Below the pieces are notes generated by a model. The model was given only the letters and a program-made list of their open reading frames with translations, made no database searches and was not told the origin of the DNA. Shown here one piece after another: positions 28,975 through 43,043 of a DNA stretch of 64,000 bases (positions are counted from its first letter, which is position 1; the number at the start of each line of letters is the position of its first letter). The DNA is from Eledone cirrhosa (taxonomy: Eukaryota): contig OZ024742.1 of NCBI GenBank assembly GCA_964016885.1, positions 37,634,001 through 37,698,000 of the forward strand, read 5' to 3'. The translations under genes were made by a program, and so were the position numbers.

Positions 28975-29490
28975 TTCTTCGCCCACTTATTCCTGAGAGG
29001 GTCATGGGGGTAATGTGCTCAAACACTCCTTCCAGTGGGTTGTGTCAGAAGCAACCGTCTCCAACTGATCCGGTTTGATCCCCAAGTGAGACTAGCCAAG
29101 CTTATAGATGTTATCCAACCATCTTGCTCAGGGTCTACCCCTGGTTGGTTTTGCCCGTAAAATCCATCCACTGATTTTTTTCCTAAGACATTCTAACCAC
29201 ATGCCTATAGTATTGGAGCTGTGATCTCTCAATTCGGTGAAGTAGCGGCTCTACATGGAATGACTCTCTGATCTCTGAGTTATGCACTTTATCGAGCAAT
29301 GTTACTCCAAAGACCACTTGTATTCGCAATTGTATTTTTTCAGTCATTACCCAAGATTCATGACCATAGGTAAGGTTTGGCATGAATGCTGAATTGAAGA
29401 TAGCAAGTTTGGCTTTTACACCTACCTCCCTTCTTCTGAAAACTGAATTCAGAAGCTGGTGCATTACTGCACCAGCTTTTGCAATTCTTG
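28975..29490 (-). mobile_element. RTE-group LINE 3' fragment (third family; related relic ~32750-33080)
   Basis: LTYGHESWVMT, IERSQL..RHV. Confidence 0.7.
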
Positions 29491-29532
29491 CACTTAGTCA
29501 AATTCATTCAAAACAATGAATAGATGGCAACA

Positions 29533-29716
29533 TACAAGGGTGAGCTGAAAAGTTCATAGGCTGACCAAGATACTCTTATGGAATGACCAAATGAGGTTTA
29601 TTTTTCAACATAGTCCCTAGAAAAAAATAATGCAGTTATCAATAAGAAGAGTTGAAATTAATGCATGCAAAATTTAACAGCTCTAACATCACTCCTTCAT
29701 AGTTAGCCTATGAACA
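29533..29716. mobile_element. Mariner-like MITE remnant
   Basis: tacaagggtgagctgaaaagttcataggctgac ... gttagcctatgaac (partial inverted end). Confidence 0.45.
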
Positions 29717-29739
29717 GTCCACTCTCAACAAAATTACCA

Positions 29740-31600
29740 TCAGCAGAGTTTACCAAGATAATCATGATGCAAATTTGCAGAAGTTCATGTCTGCTGCCGA
29801 TGCTAACAACTTAAAGTTTGATAAGGACAAGTGCATCATATCAGTTCCAACTATTAAACTTTGGGGCTATGAAATCTTAACAAAATTCATCCTGATCCCG
29901 ATTGCCTTCAGCCTCTTTGAGATATGTCACCTCCAGTCAATGTGAAACAACAGAAGAGAGCGGTAGAACTTTTTGTGTATTACTCTAAGTGGATTAAGAA
30001 TTTCTCCACGGAGATCAAGCCACTTACAAGTAATACTTATTTTCCATTGTCTTGAAGTATTTTCTGATTTGAAGAAATACATAGTAAACTGTGGTTGCTG
30101 CTGTTGATGAAATCTACCCTTCATTGTTGAAACAGACGCATCATACTTTGCCATGGCAGCAACATTGAACCAAAGTAGTAGACCTATAACCTTCTCCCAT
30201 GTCTTGAGGAAAGGAGAGCTGAATCAGCCTTCTGTCAAAAAAGAAGCTTATTTCATCACTGGAGACATGACTTTAACTGGAAACATTTCTCACTAATTAC
30301 TGTTAGTTTTATGTTTGGTAACAGATGCTTTGGTAAGATCAAAAATGATAAAATTCAGAGATGGAGATTAGAGTTATCATCATTCAATTTTGACATTCGA
30401 TATAGGTGCTGAGAACATAGCAGCAGATTCTTTCACACATTTATTATGCTCTGTGATTTCTAGTGATAAATTGGTGCAACTTTACAATGCTCTCTGCCAC
30501 CCAGGTATACCACGTATGTATCACTATGTCAAGACAAAGAATATCCCAGCTTCTATTGAAGATGTTTGATCTGTTGTGTCATCATGCAAAATTTGTGCTG
30601 AATGTAAACCAAGGTTCTTTAAGTCTGATGATGATGTTCATTTGGTTAAAGCTACACAACCCTTCGAACAGATTAGTATTGACCTCAAAAGCCATCTTCC
30701 ATCTAGCCTATTCTGACATTAGTTCGTCATCAGTGATCAAAGCTTTCAGCTCTATATTTTCAGTTTTTGGTATGCCTGGATATGTCCACTCTGATAGAGG
30801 CAGTTCTTTCATTTCTTCTGAGCTGTGCACTTGACCTGATCAAAAAGGGGTTGCTACTAGCACTACATCTCCCTATAATCCTTGAGGCAATGGACAGTGT
30901 GAGAGATACAATAGCTCCAATTGATGAAAAATTCTGGGAAATTGTTCTTCCTGATGCTTTTCATTCCATTGGTTCATTTTCATGCAATGCAGCGAATGCA
31001 ACCCCACATAAATGAATGTTCAGTTTTCCCAGACGGTCAGTTTCAGGAAAATCTATCTCTAGTTGGTTAAACAATGCTGGTTGTGCCTTATAGAAATGAC
31101 ATGTGAGACAGTCAAAGTATGACCCTCTTGTTGAGGAAGTAGATTGGATAGAAAGTAATCCTAACTATGCCCTCACCAAGTACCTCGATTATCGAGAAAG
31201 CAATGTTACTCTGAGAGATCTTGCTCCCCGTGGAGAAGTTTGTGACAAGAAAGGCTTGTCTGCTATGTCTTCTGATTTAATGCTACCAGCCACTTCCACT
31301 CTGCCAACACTTGGATCACTCTCAATTCCAGAACAAGATGTGTCAGGTGAAATTCCAGATTCATCTATGCAGGCTTCACCACAATTTACTGAAACACAGC
31401 CAGCTCGTACTGAGACGCCTTCAAGATTGCCTGCACAACTGTCACGCAGATTTATAAGAGAAAGACGGCCACCACAGGAACTTTCTTGTTCTCATTATTT
31501 CACCACCTGCAGTGATTGTGATATTGGGTTCTTGAACAGTTTGTATAATTCATTTGATGTTTACTGTGTTGAAGTGGTTATTCTATAGACAAATAGAAGC
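29740..31600 (+). mobile_element. Degenerate Ty3/Gypsy pol (RT end, RNase H, integrase)
   Basis: LPFIVETDAS..ATLNQ, VHSDRGSSFIS, TSPYNP-GNGQCERYN, KYDPLVEEV. Many stops. Confidence 0.8.
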
Positions 31601-31809
31601 TTTCTTCAATAAATAATGTAGCATGTTATTGAGTGAGTTAAATTAATGTCTAGAATTTTTGTCAACAGTTTGATATGTATGAATCTACTCAAGAAGAGCA
31701 TTTGGTTAAGGTGTAGATTGCACATCTGATATCTGAATGATCTCACTTCATTATGTAAATCACCAAAACAGCTAACTAGTCACTTTATGGCTGCATCACA
31801 TTAAATATT

Positions 31810-32250
31810 TCCTGGGCATGGATTCATTGAAGCTCCAACGTCTGGCAATGGACTTGGTAAACACCCACAAAGTTATTAACCATCTCGCCAACAACAACCC
31901 TGAGCACCTTTTTTATCTCCATGTGTCTAACACACGTGGACATGCCTACAAAATCAGAAAACAGCACAGCTCCCATGACTTTCGGAAACGTTTTTTCACG
32001 CTCAGAGTTGCCTGCGTCAGTTGTTAGCTGCCGAGACACTGCATCCTTTAAAACCCTCATGCTTCCCGAAATTCGCCAAAACTACACCTGATGTACCCCT
32101 TCCATACACATGCACACGTGTATATCATGACTCATGCACTGTTCATTTTCCTGACGTTTGTACATTACCCTATGTACTGTACATACACTTTTGATGAGAT
32201 GTAGTGCACCTGAGCACAGTACACAATATTTCATTATTTTTATTATTATA
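31810..32250 (+). mobile_element. CR1-like LINE 3' end
   Basis: SLKLQRLAMDL..TRGHAYKI..RKRFFTLRV, with (TTA)n tail. Confidence 0.8.
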
Positions 32251-35200
32251 TCCAAATCGTTATTGTGCTAATGTAGATCGATATACTTATATGTATTATA
32301 TATTTATATTTAGGTGTGTGTGTATGTGTATCATCATCATCATCATCACTGTTTAATGTCCATTTTTCGAAGTGCATAAATATAAATATATATAAACGCA
32401 TAAATATATATATTTCAATCACAAAAACCTTTATGTATTTTGATTGGCAGCTAATTGCTGTTGTATATAGATGAACACACACAGAAGACAAGTGTTTGTG
32501 TATCAGTATACCTATCTATCAACACATGTATGTATTTATAGAGATAGAATTATGAATAGATAGACATATATATCTAGCAGAAGGGTAGCAAGAACAAACG
32601 GTTGGGGCCAAGGCAACCGTAAGCACTGCCCAGCAGAAGGCAGCTGAAAAGGAATGGTTTGAGCCAATGCAGTGCACAAGAGAAGACAGCTGAAAATAAA
32701 CAGTTGACCTTCATTTGATCTACCTCTTGCTATTAAAACGCTACTTTCTTAATTTACTTATTCCTGAGAGGGTCTCAGGTGTGGTCCTCAGACACACCTC
32801 CCATAAGCTTTTATCTGAAGCAGCTGCCTCCAAATGATCCAAATGGATCCCCAACTGAGCTTATAAATATTGTCCATCTTGCTTATGCTCTACTTTTGGG
32901 TACCCTACATGTTGACTTTGTCCATAAAATCTGTTCAGTGATGCTTTTCTTAGACATTCTAACCACATGTCTGGAGCACTGGCTCTACATGGAGCAACTC
33001 CCTAATCTCCAAGCTACACACCCTATCAAGTAACATTACGCTAAAATGAAGTGTAAGTACAAAAATACCCCCTATATTCATGGTTTAATTAATTCATTTT
33101 TTATTGGGCAGTGAATAGACAAAGTCATTAAAGTATCAGAATAAATGCTTTGTTATTTGTTCCAGCTCTGTGCACTCTGAGTTCAAATCTCACCAAGGTT
33201 AACTTTGTGTATCATTGTTTCATGGTGATAAATAAAATACCAGTCAAGGACAAGTGGATTGGCAGAACTATTGAAAAGCTGCAGTATTAGATCTGACTCT
33301 CTGCATTCTCAGTTTAAATGCTGCCTTCTTCTGCCAGGAATTGCAATTATCAGACATTATCACTAATGGAAACATGATTTCCTTGGTCTAATCTGGCAAT
33401 CAGCTCATTTCCTTTACTTTTTTATTTACTAATAACTTATCACAGCATCATGATACCTATTAACCCTTTTGATACCAAACGACTTGAAATCAACCTTGAT
33501 TCTATGATGTTGTTTATATTTATCAAAAAAATTCTTATAATTTTATGTGAGAACTTTTGTTAATCTGTTCCAAACACCAGCATAATAAATCTCTCCAAAA
33601 TTGTTATTTTGAAAATCAAAAATCAATGGCAGTGTCTTTCATTAGAAATCTGGGAACAAAATAGTCAAAACATAAAAATAATGATGACAAGAAGATATTT
33701 CAGTTCAACTAAAGCTTTATTCTAACTTGACATGCACAAAATTTAAGAAAATAAATCAAATGAAGATGGTGAAATAAAAAAAAAGCAATAAAAACTTGAA
33801 AATAAATAAATTCAGTTAAAACTTTACTCTAATCAAAAACTAATAATACAATATTTGTCATAAAAAATGTAATAGTTAATATTTTCTATTATTTGATATT
33901 GTTTAATATAAAATGTCTCTCTTAATATTTGTAACATGCCTCATGAAATATAGGGGTCCATTTTTTAATTTTTTTTTCTAGAGTTAAAGCCATTTGGCTA
34001 TTTGTTGTATTTATTAATTTTATTTTTTACTCTGAAGTCCTGCAAAACCACATGGATGAACTATAACATGTATTATATATATTATGTATATGTACATACA
34101 GAAAAATACAGAATAGTTCCTTGTTAATTAAAAAAGAAAAAGAAAAAGAAAAAGAAAAAGAAATTATAGCAATCCAGTGCCATTAAAACAGAACTAAGAA
34201 AGATTTTATCTTTCATTAGTATGCCTCCAGGGCAGTTCTTTGATGTAATGAAATGAGAGAACTATGAGAGAAACGGAGGTATTATAACTAAAAGGAAACT
34301 AAATGGGAGGAAATGAAAGACATTAAAACATTGGAAGAAATGAATAAAAAAAAAGAAAGCCAGGCAAATAGGAAAAAAAAAATATTTCAAAATGGAACAT
34401 CAACTTCAAACATGGAATTTGAAAGTTATAAATTTCTAAAAGTAGTAATAGGGTAAAAAAAAAAAAAAATAGTAGTTTCTGATTTAGGCACAAGGCCAGC
34501 AATTTTTTTTTTGGGGTGGGTGGGTGGAAGGAAAGTCGATTAAATCAATCCCAGTGTGTTACTGGTGCTTTATTTTATCGACCTCATAAGGATGAAAGGT
34601 GAAGTTGACCGTGGCAGGATTTGAACTCATAAAATAGAGAGTCAAAACAAATACTGCAAAGCATTTTGTCCAACACTTGAATGATTCTGCCACTCTACCG
34701 TCCTCATATAATAATAATAATAATAATAACAATAACAATAATATGGTAGCAGCAGATAAGATGGGAGGTTCTTGTGAAGAAGAAAAAAAAAATCTAAATG
34801 TTGTTTAGCAGTCTTTTACATGGGGAATCATTCTGACAAAGATGAACACCAAACTGGTTATATAATCAACTATATCTGGCATTTTAGGCAACAACCACTT
34901 CCATCTCTAAAATCAACATGGAACTTCCATTTGGTTTCAAATGTCAAATAGCCTATCAAAATAGGGTGAATAAATGAGAATGTGATTACATGTGTGTGTG
35001 TATGAAAAGGTAAGTATTAGTTTAAATCATGTGGACATGACATGACATTATGTGTATTTATGTGTGTATATATATAATATATTAATTTTATTAAGGCTGA
35101 ATAGTGAGTCTTGTTACTCTGGAGATATGCCTGTGCACTCACAGAATCATCAGACAAAACTTTGTCTGATGATCCTGCGAGTGCACAAGTATAACCCCAG

Positions 35201-35802
35201 AGTAGCAAAACTCACCACTTAGCCATAAAGAATATATAAACTTTGCTTCGGTATTGAGTACTCTTTCACACATTCTCAATATTCCAAAGATATACACACA
35301 CACATACATTATATATGCATTACATGTCTTAGTGTTTGTCTAACTTGTGCGAAAGGTCTTCTCAAGGAAAGTAAAATGGGGTTGCCCCAGAATAACAATA
35401 AATTTAATAAAAATTCCTAGTTTACTGCCTTTAAATTGTGTGAAAAACAACACAAATACTAAACATATACTTATGATAAATATATATAGCTATTCTTAGT
35501 GGAATTGATAGTAAATCTTTAAATAATTACGTGGCAAAATTAATTAGAATGAGTTCTTTCATATAATTCGTGTGAGATAATACAGGTTCCTGAGTTTTTT
35601 TTTTACAAATTACAGTCAACTATTCACAGCATAGGATAATCCTGATTGAATTTCTTAATCTTTTATGGTATGTATCCAAGGCCGGCTTGGGGGCTATACC
35701 ACAGTTCTACGCACAAAATATTAAAGTATAAAATCCCACAGGTCTTTTACAAGTCAATCACTCATTACATTATATTAAAACTTTGTATTCATAATTAGAT
35801 AT

Positions 35803-35855
<53 letters not shown>

Positions 35856-36042
35856 GCTTGAAAATGTTCTATGTGTACATGGTTTGTTTCTATCCCTGAC
35901 TGTTCAGAATTTTGTTACCCAGTTTAGATTACATAGCTTTCTTTTGTTGAGTTTCCCACTAAAATATGGTGTGTTAGTAAATTATTTTCTTGGAAAGAAA
36001 AAAAAATCAAGTTTACACAAAACATTTTAAAGTATAAATATT

Positions 36043-36102
<60 letters not shown>

Positions 36103-36252
36103 CACACACACACACATTTATACACATCCCCTTACTATATTTCTTTATTTTTATTTTTTATACATCTCTTGTATTACTTTTATTTATTTTTTTTTGCCCG
36201 TTAAACTTTTGTCTTTCATGAGGAGATTTTTCAAATATTTCACTATGTTTTA

Positions 36253-36330
36253 AATTGCCTTGTCTGATGAACGAATGCAGACGTTTCTTGTATTCGTCTT
36301 ATTCAGGAAACCTCTGGTAATGAGGTAATT
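36253..36330 (+). ncRNA. Type I hammerhead ribozyme
   Basis: aattgccttgt-CTGATGA-acgaatgcag..ttgtattcgt cttattcag-GAAA-cctctgg-TA-atgaggtaatt. 11-bp stem I with G:U pairs. Cleavage triplet GUA. Confidence 0.72.
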
Positions 36331-38059
36331 ATACTGTATTATTTATTATACATTAAATATATATATATATTTATTTATTATTCATTACTTTAATTTAAGT
36401 ATTAAGTACTAAGTTGAATACTAGTTCTTTAACTAATCACATCTTAACTATATATATGAAACACAAACATATATACACACATAGGCATGTATATATATAT
36501 GTGCACATGTAACAGTTTGCCTCACCATTTCAACAGAAACATTTTCATCTGTCTCTTCTAAGAAATAACACACCAAAAATACAAACAGACAATACATCTA
36601 TAATTTGACCAATAATGTTGCATGGAGTTGGGGTTAGGGAAGAATGAAAGAGGTGCTGACAATTTATATCTCTACTGGAAGGCACTTGGGAAGTTTTACA
36701 CTGTTGTAGATAGCCTAGCTTCTTTCATTTACCTTGAATTTTATATATACAGGAGAAAAATAGAAAATAGCATTGGATTTTGTTTATGGAGAAATTCACA
36801 TATATTGATATATATATATATATTTTCAACCATATACAAATATGAATGCTTATGTATGCATGCATATATATATATAGATCCGTATGAGCAAGACATGGTC
36901 ACCTGACCTGACTTATCTCATAACGTGACAACCTATCTAACCCATGCAAGCGTGGAAAAATAGATGAACAATGATGATGATGATGATGATATATATATAT
37001 ATATATATAAGTCGGTGTGTGTGTATCTATTTATTTATAGATTTAGGCTTAATACTAACAACTGTCAGAAACATTTATAATGACACCAAGGAAGACAGTG
37101 ATGAACCAGTGAATACTTGTTATATCTATAATACAATCATAGGAACATAAATTACTTAATTTATACATGCATGCACACACTACACTCACATGTTTGAAGA
37201 AAGGAAGACAACTTGTGAATCATTATTCATTGAAAGCCATAGACAGACATTAACAAAAATATACTATGTACAATATTTGTTTCAAATATTCAGACAAACA
37301 TGGTTTAATGCTCTTTCTAACACCAACTACTTTAAAGCATTACCACCTTACAGGGTTGGGTGCTTTTGTCATAGTACCAATACTACCTCACTATAGCACT
37401 AAGGTGCTCAGTGTACCTTTTCTTGCTGGGGGTTGGGGCTAGAGTAGACATTGCCCTGTTGGAGGGGAGGAGGGTGTCATGAAGCAAGTGAATGGTGTCT
37501 GACATATTGTGGGATGTGTCTGGTTTCCTTTGATGGCCTAAAAGGGGTGTTTATATACTGCTTGGAGCAAGTGGGTGGGTGCTATCTGTCATTTTGGGGT
37601 GTGCCAGGCTTTCCTGGGTTGAGAAAATGTTGGGGTGCAAAGGTTCAGCAGGGAAGGTGAAACAATCAATGTTCGTCCTAGCATGGGTTGTGTGAAGAAA
37701 TCAGGAGTATACAACCAAGTGAGGATCTAAGAGTTGTGTCATCTCTCTGCTTCTTTGGGTCTAGAGTGGAAAAGGGAATCAGGGGCATGCTGGCACAGAA
37801 TTCAAGTGTATACTGGCCAGTGAGAGGTGGAACCTGAGTGTTGTACCACCACACTGCTTCTTCAGGTTTAACCCTTTAGCATTTAAACCGGTCGTATCCG
37901 GCCAGAATTCTCTCACCTCTTTCTGTTCAAACTGGCTATAACATCAAAATCTCGTAGATTCGATATTATGTGAGATAAAGTGTTTACTGTGAAAATACAA
38001 TAGTAAATATAGAGTAATGTAAATGCTAAAGAGTTAGGTGAAAAAGGTAGGTGGCTAGC

Positions 38060-38690
38060 CATCCTCCTTGTGCAGCTTCATTCCACTTGTGTGGGAAGGC
38101 GAGTTCCCCATATTATGGAATATTGCCAGTTTTCTTGATCCTGGGTCATCTCCTTTGTGAGGTCGGCATTCACACATCATCCTACATTTTCTTAGGTCTT
38201 CCTCTACCAAGAGTTCCTTTGACTTTAAACACTCTGCATTTCTTTATGCAGCTACCATCCTTTATATGCATTACATGTCCATACCATGACAGGCCCCTCT
38301 CCTGTATGCTGCAAATGATGCTTCTTATGCCCAGTTTTTCTCTCAGATTATTGATATTTTACTTACTAGAACTTTTGTCTTTGTTAAATTGGCTCTGAAG
38401 CTGTTGGATTCCAGGTTTTGCTTCCATGCCAGAAATTTCTTCTCTAATTCTGCCACAGTTTCAGCTATGAGGACTAGATCATTAGTATATAAGAGTTCCC
38501 ATAGGCAGCCAGTTTTAAACTCATCTGTTATGACCTGAAGGACAATAATAAACAGGAGGGGGCTGAAGACAGCCCTGATGAACCACCACCAGCACACTAA
38601 ATATCCCTATGTTCATTGTCGACTCTTTACTGACTGCACCTCTGTACATAGCTTGTACCAACCTTACAAGTTATTCCTCTACCTCTAAGA
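38060..38690 (-). mobile_element. Degenerate RTE RT fragment
   Basis: SPLLFIIVLQVITDEFKTGCLWELLYTNDL. Confidence 0.75.
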
Positions 38691-41446
38691 GTCCACCAGA
38701 TTATATTATATATTTTATTTCAAAAAGTTCTTTGGCTTATAGTTAAAAGAAAGAAAATATTGTAACAAACTAGTACTGAAATCTCTTCTTGAATTAAGAA
38801 TATAATTAACTTATTATATTATAAAGTTTAAACTCTGTCCTAATCCTGAAGTCTTATTCAGCCAGAGCTTATCCTGGGTTCATTGGTGTTAAGAGAACAA
38901 GACTTCCCATTGGTACTCATTTTCAGCTGAGTGTATTGAAGTATTTTGGTCAAGAACAGAACTCACCACGCAGTCTAGGAATTAAACCCCAGACATTAAG
39001 ATTGTAAGTCTAACACACTAACCCATGGGTTTCAAACATGCGGCCTGTGACCTACAAACTACTTTTCTATGGCCTGCGACAGAACAATTTTCGTGACTAA
39101 TATTTTCTTAGAACTTACTAATTTTTCCTTCGTCCATTATATATATTTGTAGCAGCAGCAGTATTAAGCTTGAGCTGCCAATCTAATGCAAATGTTAAAA
39201 TAAAAAAAATATATATATATATTATTATTATTATAAATAATTTCTTAACACAGTTGCATGCTAGAGTAGGCTTGAAACCTTAGGTAGCAAAGCCTACTCT
39301 AGCATAGAGTATATCTGCTAGTGTTGCTCATCTTTCAGGCAATACCAACCAACCTAAGATTGAAGTATTCGACAAAATGAGAAAAATAATTTTTTAAATT
39401 TGGTAGCACTTCATAAACTTATGTTTACACTATTCTATATGGGAGATATGATACAATCATTGCCACATTGAAAGAGAAATAAAATGATGGAAGAAAAATC
39501 ACAATATAATTTATATTCAATGAACAATTTCAGATATCACTGGAGACCAAGAGCTGATATTCACAAGAGTATGAAGTTATAAAAAATATGTGAAGATATA
39601 CAGTACAGCAGATAGGGAAGACAAAAGTTTAGTGTACTTTAAAAAGACAATACAGGAAAAAAAAAAAAAAGAAGGGTGGTGATGGTTTGAGCAGAGGGCA
39701 TTAGTGGTACATTTGAATTAAAATAGAGATTGTACTTCTAATGTGTTTTACATCATTGTGAGTTTATCATACTGAATCAAAGACTACACTCTAGAAAAAT
39801 ATTTAAACTACATAAATATAACAGATCTAGGCAGATCAAACTAGTTCATAGGCACCAACTCACATTTATTTCTGCTTAATAATAGGAACTAAGGGATTTG
39901 TTTCCTTCATTTTTTTCTTTAATTACTGAGAAAATAAATGGTTTCTAATTTAGATATAACCCAGAAATTTGAAGGGAGAGGAAAGTTGAATATATCAAGC
40001 CCCAATACTTGACTGGTTCTTTATTTTATTGATTCCAAATGGATTTGAACTTAGAACTTAGAGCCAGAAGAAATACTGCTAAACATCTGTCTGACGACAC
40101 TCTTATATTTCTGCTAGTCCACAGCAAATAATAATAATAATAAATAATAAGATAAGGGAGCAAAGGAAGAGAATGAAGACTCAAACATCTCAAATGTTGC
40201 TTTTAAAATTCCAGAAATTAATGCATTGTTTACTAGTGATGAAGGAGGGAAACTGAATATGTAGTAGTAATGTCAACCATAGCCAGACGAAAACATTTAC
40301 TTTTAGAAATATTTATTTTACAAATGATATACAGCAAACCTATTCAGACTATTTGTATTAGGAAATGAATGTATGAAAATAATTTTCTTTCGATGAATTC
40401 TTGGTGTAAATATTCATATAGAAATTACATTACCATAGAAATACTTGTAAATTCTCATCATAAAATGCATCTTTGAAATATATTACGTATATGCCTGATT
40501 GTTGAAGAGAAAAATTTCTATCCAGAAAGATGTTTAAATATAATTATATTTTCACATTTGATAGATCAATAAAATTATAAATAGAAGTTTATGTTATTTT
40601 TTTCTTTTACTAAGCCAGCATTAAAAAATTTACATTTTATACAAAAGTTCCCATAATTTTTTGTAGGCTAATTTTTTTAAAATAATCTTCTTCGGGGTGG
40701 AAAAGGATAAAAATTTATAATGAATGATTAAAAAAAACAACAAAATAAAATCACAAATTTATGATTTGAGAAACTCATTAAGTTGAAATGACTGAAGAAT
40801 ATAGTATAGAAATAACTGATAATTAAATATCAAATAGTTATATATTATTGATATCACATGAGAGACATGAAACAAAGAAAATAGTTTCAATGTGAAAAAA
40901 AAAAAATGGGTAGAGGGTGGGTAGAAAAAAGATAAACAAAATCAATGAAATATATTCACTTCCTTACAGACCAGTTATCATATACATATATATTCTCTTT
41001 AGTGATCTCATCTTAGTCTTTCAAACTGCATGTAGTAAGGAGGAACATTTAGAGTAAGTAGAGAAAGCAGTTTAGTTTTGGTAAAATGGATTGATAAAGC
41101 TATTTTCCAGAGCCTGTTTGAATGTATTGATATAAAAAATAAAATAAATCTGAATGACTAAAAAGAATTTACCAGAACTCTAAACAGAATATTCAGTGAT
41201 TGGAAAGAAAGATATTATTTAAAAACAAAATTGACAGTATAACCAGTAGAAACAGTGAATGTAATAATAAAGTAGTAATAGTAGTAGTAGTGTAATAGAA
41301 GCATATTTAATGGGATGATGATGACAGTGATGATTGTAATTTTGACTTAGTAGCAAAGGCCCATTCCTAGAATGCAAAGAATTGAAATTTCGATTGTGTT
41401 GTATATCAAAAGGCTAGTGGTGTCTGTTGTTGGAGATCAAGAAGTA

Positions 41447-41500
41447 TTAAACATTCGATGTCGGTACATTTTCTAAGAACTTCTCTTGTGACAGCATTAC
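41447..41500 (-). CDS. PPFIBP: Liprin-beta terminal coding exon
   Basis: cattgtag|GTA ATG...GTT TAA. VMLSQEKFLENVPTSNV*. The C-terminal SNV matches my recollection of vertebrate liprin-beta1. Confidence 0.82.
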   Translation of the reverse strand, partial: VMLSQEKFLENVPTSNV

Positions 41501-42998
41501 CTACAATGAACAATACAGACCAAACAGATTAACAATCCCACAAGAAAATATTTGAGTAAAGTTGATTAAATTAATATCAACAACAACATCAGTAGTAGTA
41601 GTTTTAGTAATGTCAACAGATCGTTTCTTGTTTTTATAATTTTAACCTTTTTGATACCAAATGGCACCATTAAAATGTTATCTAAGAACCTTTATGTTAA
41701 AAAACAGCTTAATAATGAGAAAATTATGATATTAAATCCCTTCAAATTTTTTATTATTTTCAAAATTAATTGACAATGGTCAGCAGTCTTTCATAAGAAA
41801 TATGGTAACAAAAGGGTTAAGGGAAAATATATTTAAATACAATAGAAAGATTTTCACAAAAAAACACAAACACAAACCAACAAAAAGTAATGCAATTCTC
41901 CCTTCACCTTTAATAATGGCACCAAAAACCAAGAATGTTAGAAGTAAAAGAGTTGAAACTATTTCTGCTTTGAGTTTTTGTTGTTTTGTTTTTTAAATAG
42001 CTACCTGAACATTCTCAAGAAACACAGTGTCTAGTTAGCATCCATGATTTAATAATGATATATAGTAACTTTCATGAAGTGTTAGCAGTAAGGACATATT
42101 GAATTTGGTCTTTTCTCTCATCATGTATGAAGAGTTGGACTTGCTCACTATATGTTATCCACAAGATCTTAGGATTTAGTAAATATGGTTGGTTACTTAG
42201 TAGAGTTTGAATAAGCTAAAGCAGTCGTCATCATTATAAGCCCATTTTCCATTTTAGTATGAGTTGGATCTGTCACGATGGTCTGAGTCTAGACGGGTTG
42301 GAGAACCACATCTTGCTCATATATTCTGTTTATTGGCATTGCCAACCACTTTACTACAGAACTAGCACTAGTGAGATTGTCATATTTGTGTGTGTGTGCA
42401 TTTTAGGTATGTGTAAATTAGCTGGAAGAGATGGTGATGTAACTAGATCATCATCATAATTGTCATTATTTTTATGTCCACATTTTCATGCTTACTAGAG
42501 TTAGATGAAGCTTTTGATGCAGGTTTTTTATGGTTGGAAGCATTGTTCATTTTTCTGTTTTTTTTTATAGCAGTGTGCTCCACGGTTTTGAATTCATATT
42601 CTAAAGACCTACCCATGTGGACATTTTTTGAAACCCTCTCTCTCTTTTTGTATATATAGATACACACAAACCCACACATATACATATATACACACACATT
42701 ATATATATCCAGGGAGTGTAACGTGAAGTTACTGTAGGTTCACCCAGGTGAGCACTCGATATTTAGGTGTTAGTGGCGAGGTGTAGAGCTAGACAAAGTG
42801 TAATATAACTCTGGAATCAAAAGCTTGTCGGACTGCTGCTGTTGTAATGACATTACAACAGCAGAGGCCTGACAAGCTTTTGATTCCAGAGTCAGGCCAG
42901 ATCGATACAGACCAAACCTTGAGCTGATCAATAGCGAAACGCGCATCACCAATCAATAAACGTAATGAAGGCTTAACAAATCGTCCTTGTATTATTAT

Positions 42999-43043
<45 letters not shown>

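Noticed and set aside
33700-41446. A defined liprin-beta 3' UTR end or polyA site
   Set aside because: There are many AATAAA candidates in AT-rich DNA, and I cannot choose one without transcript data.
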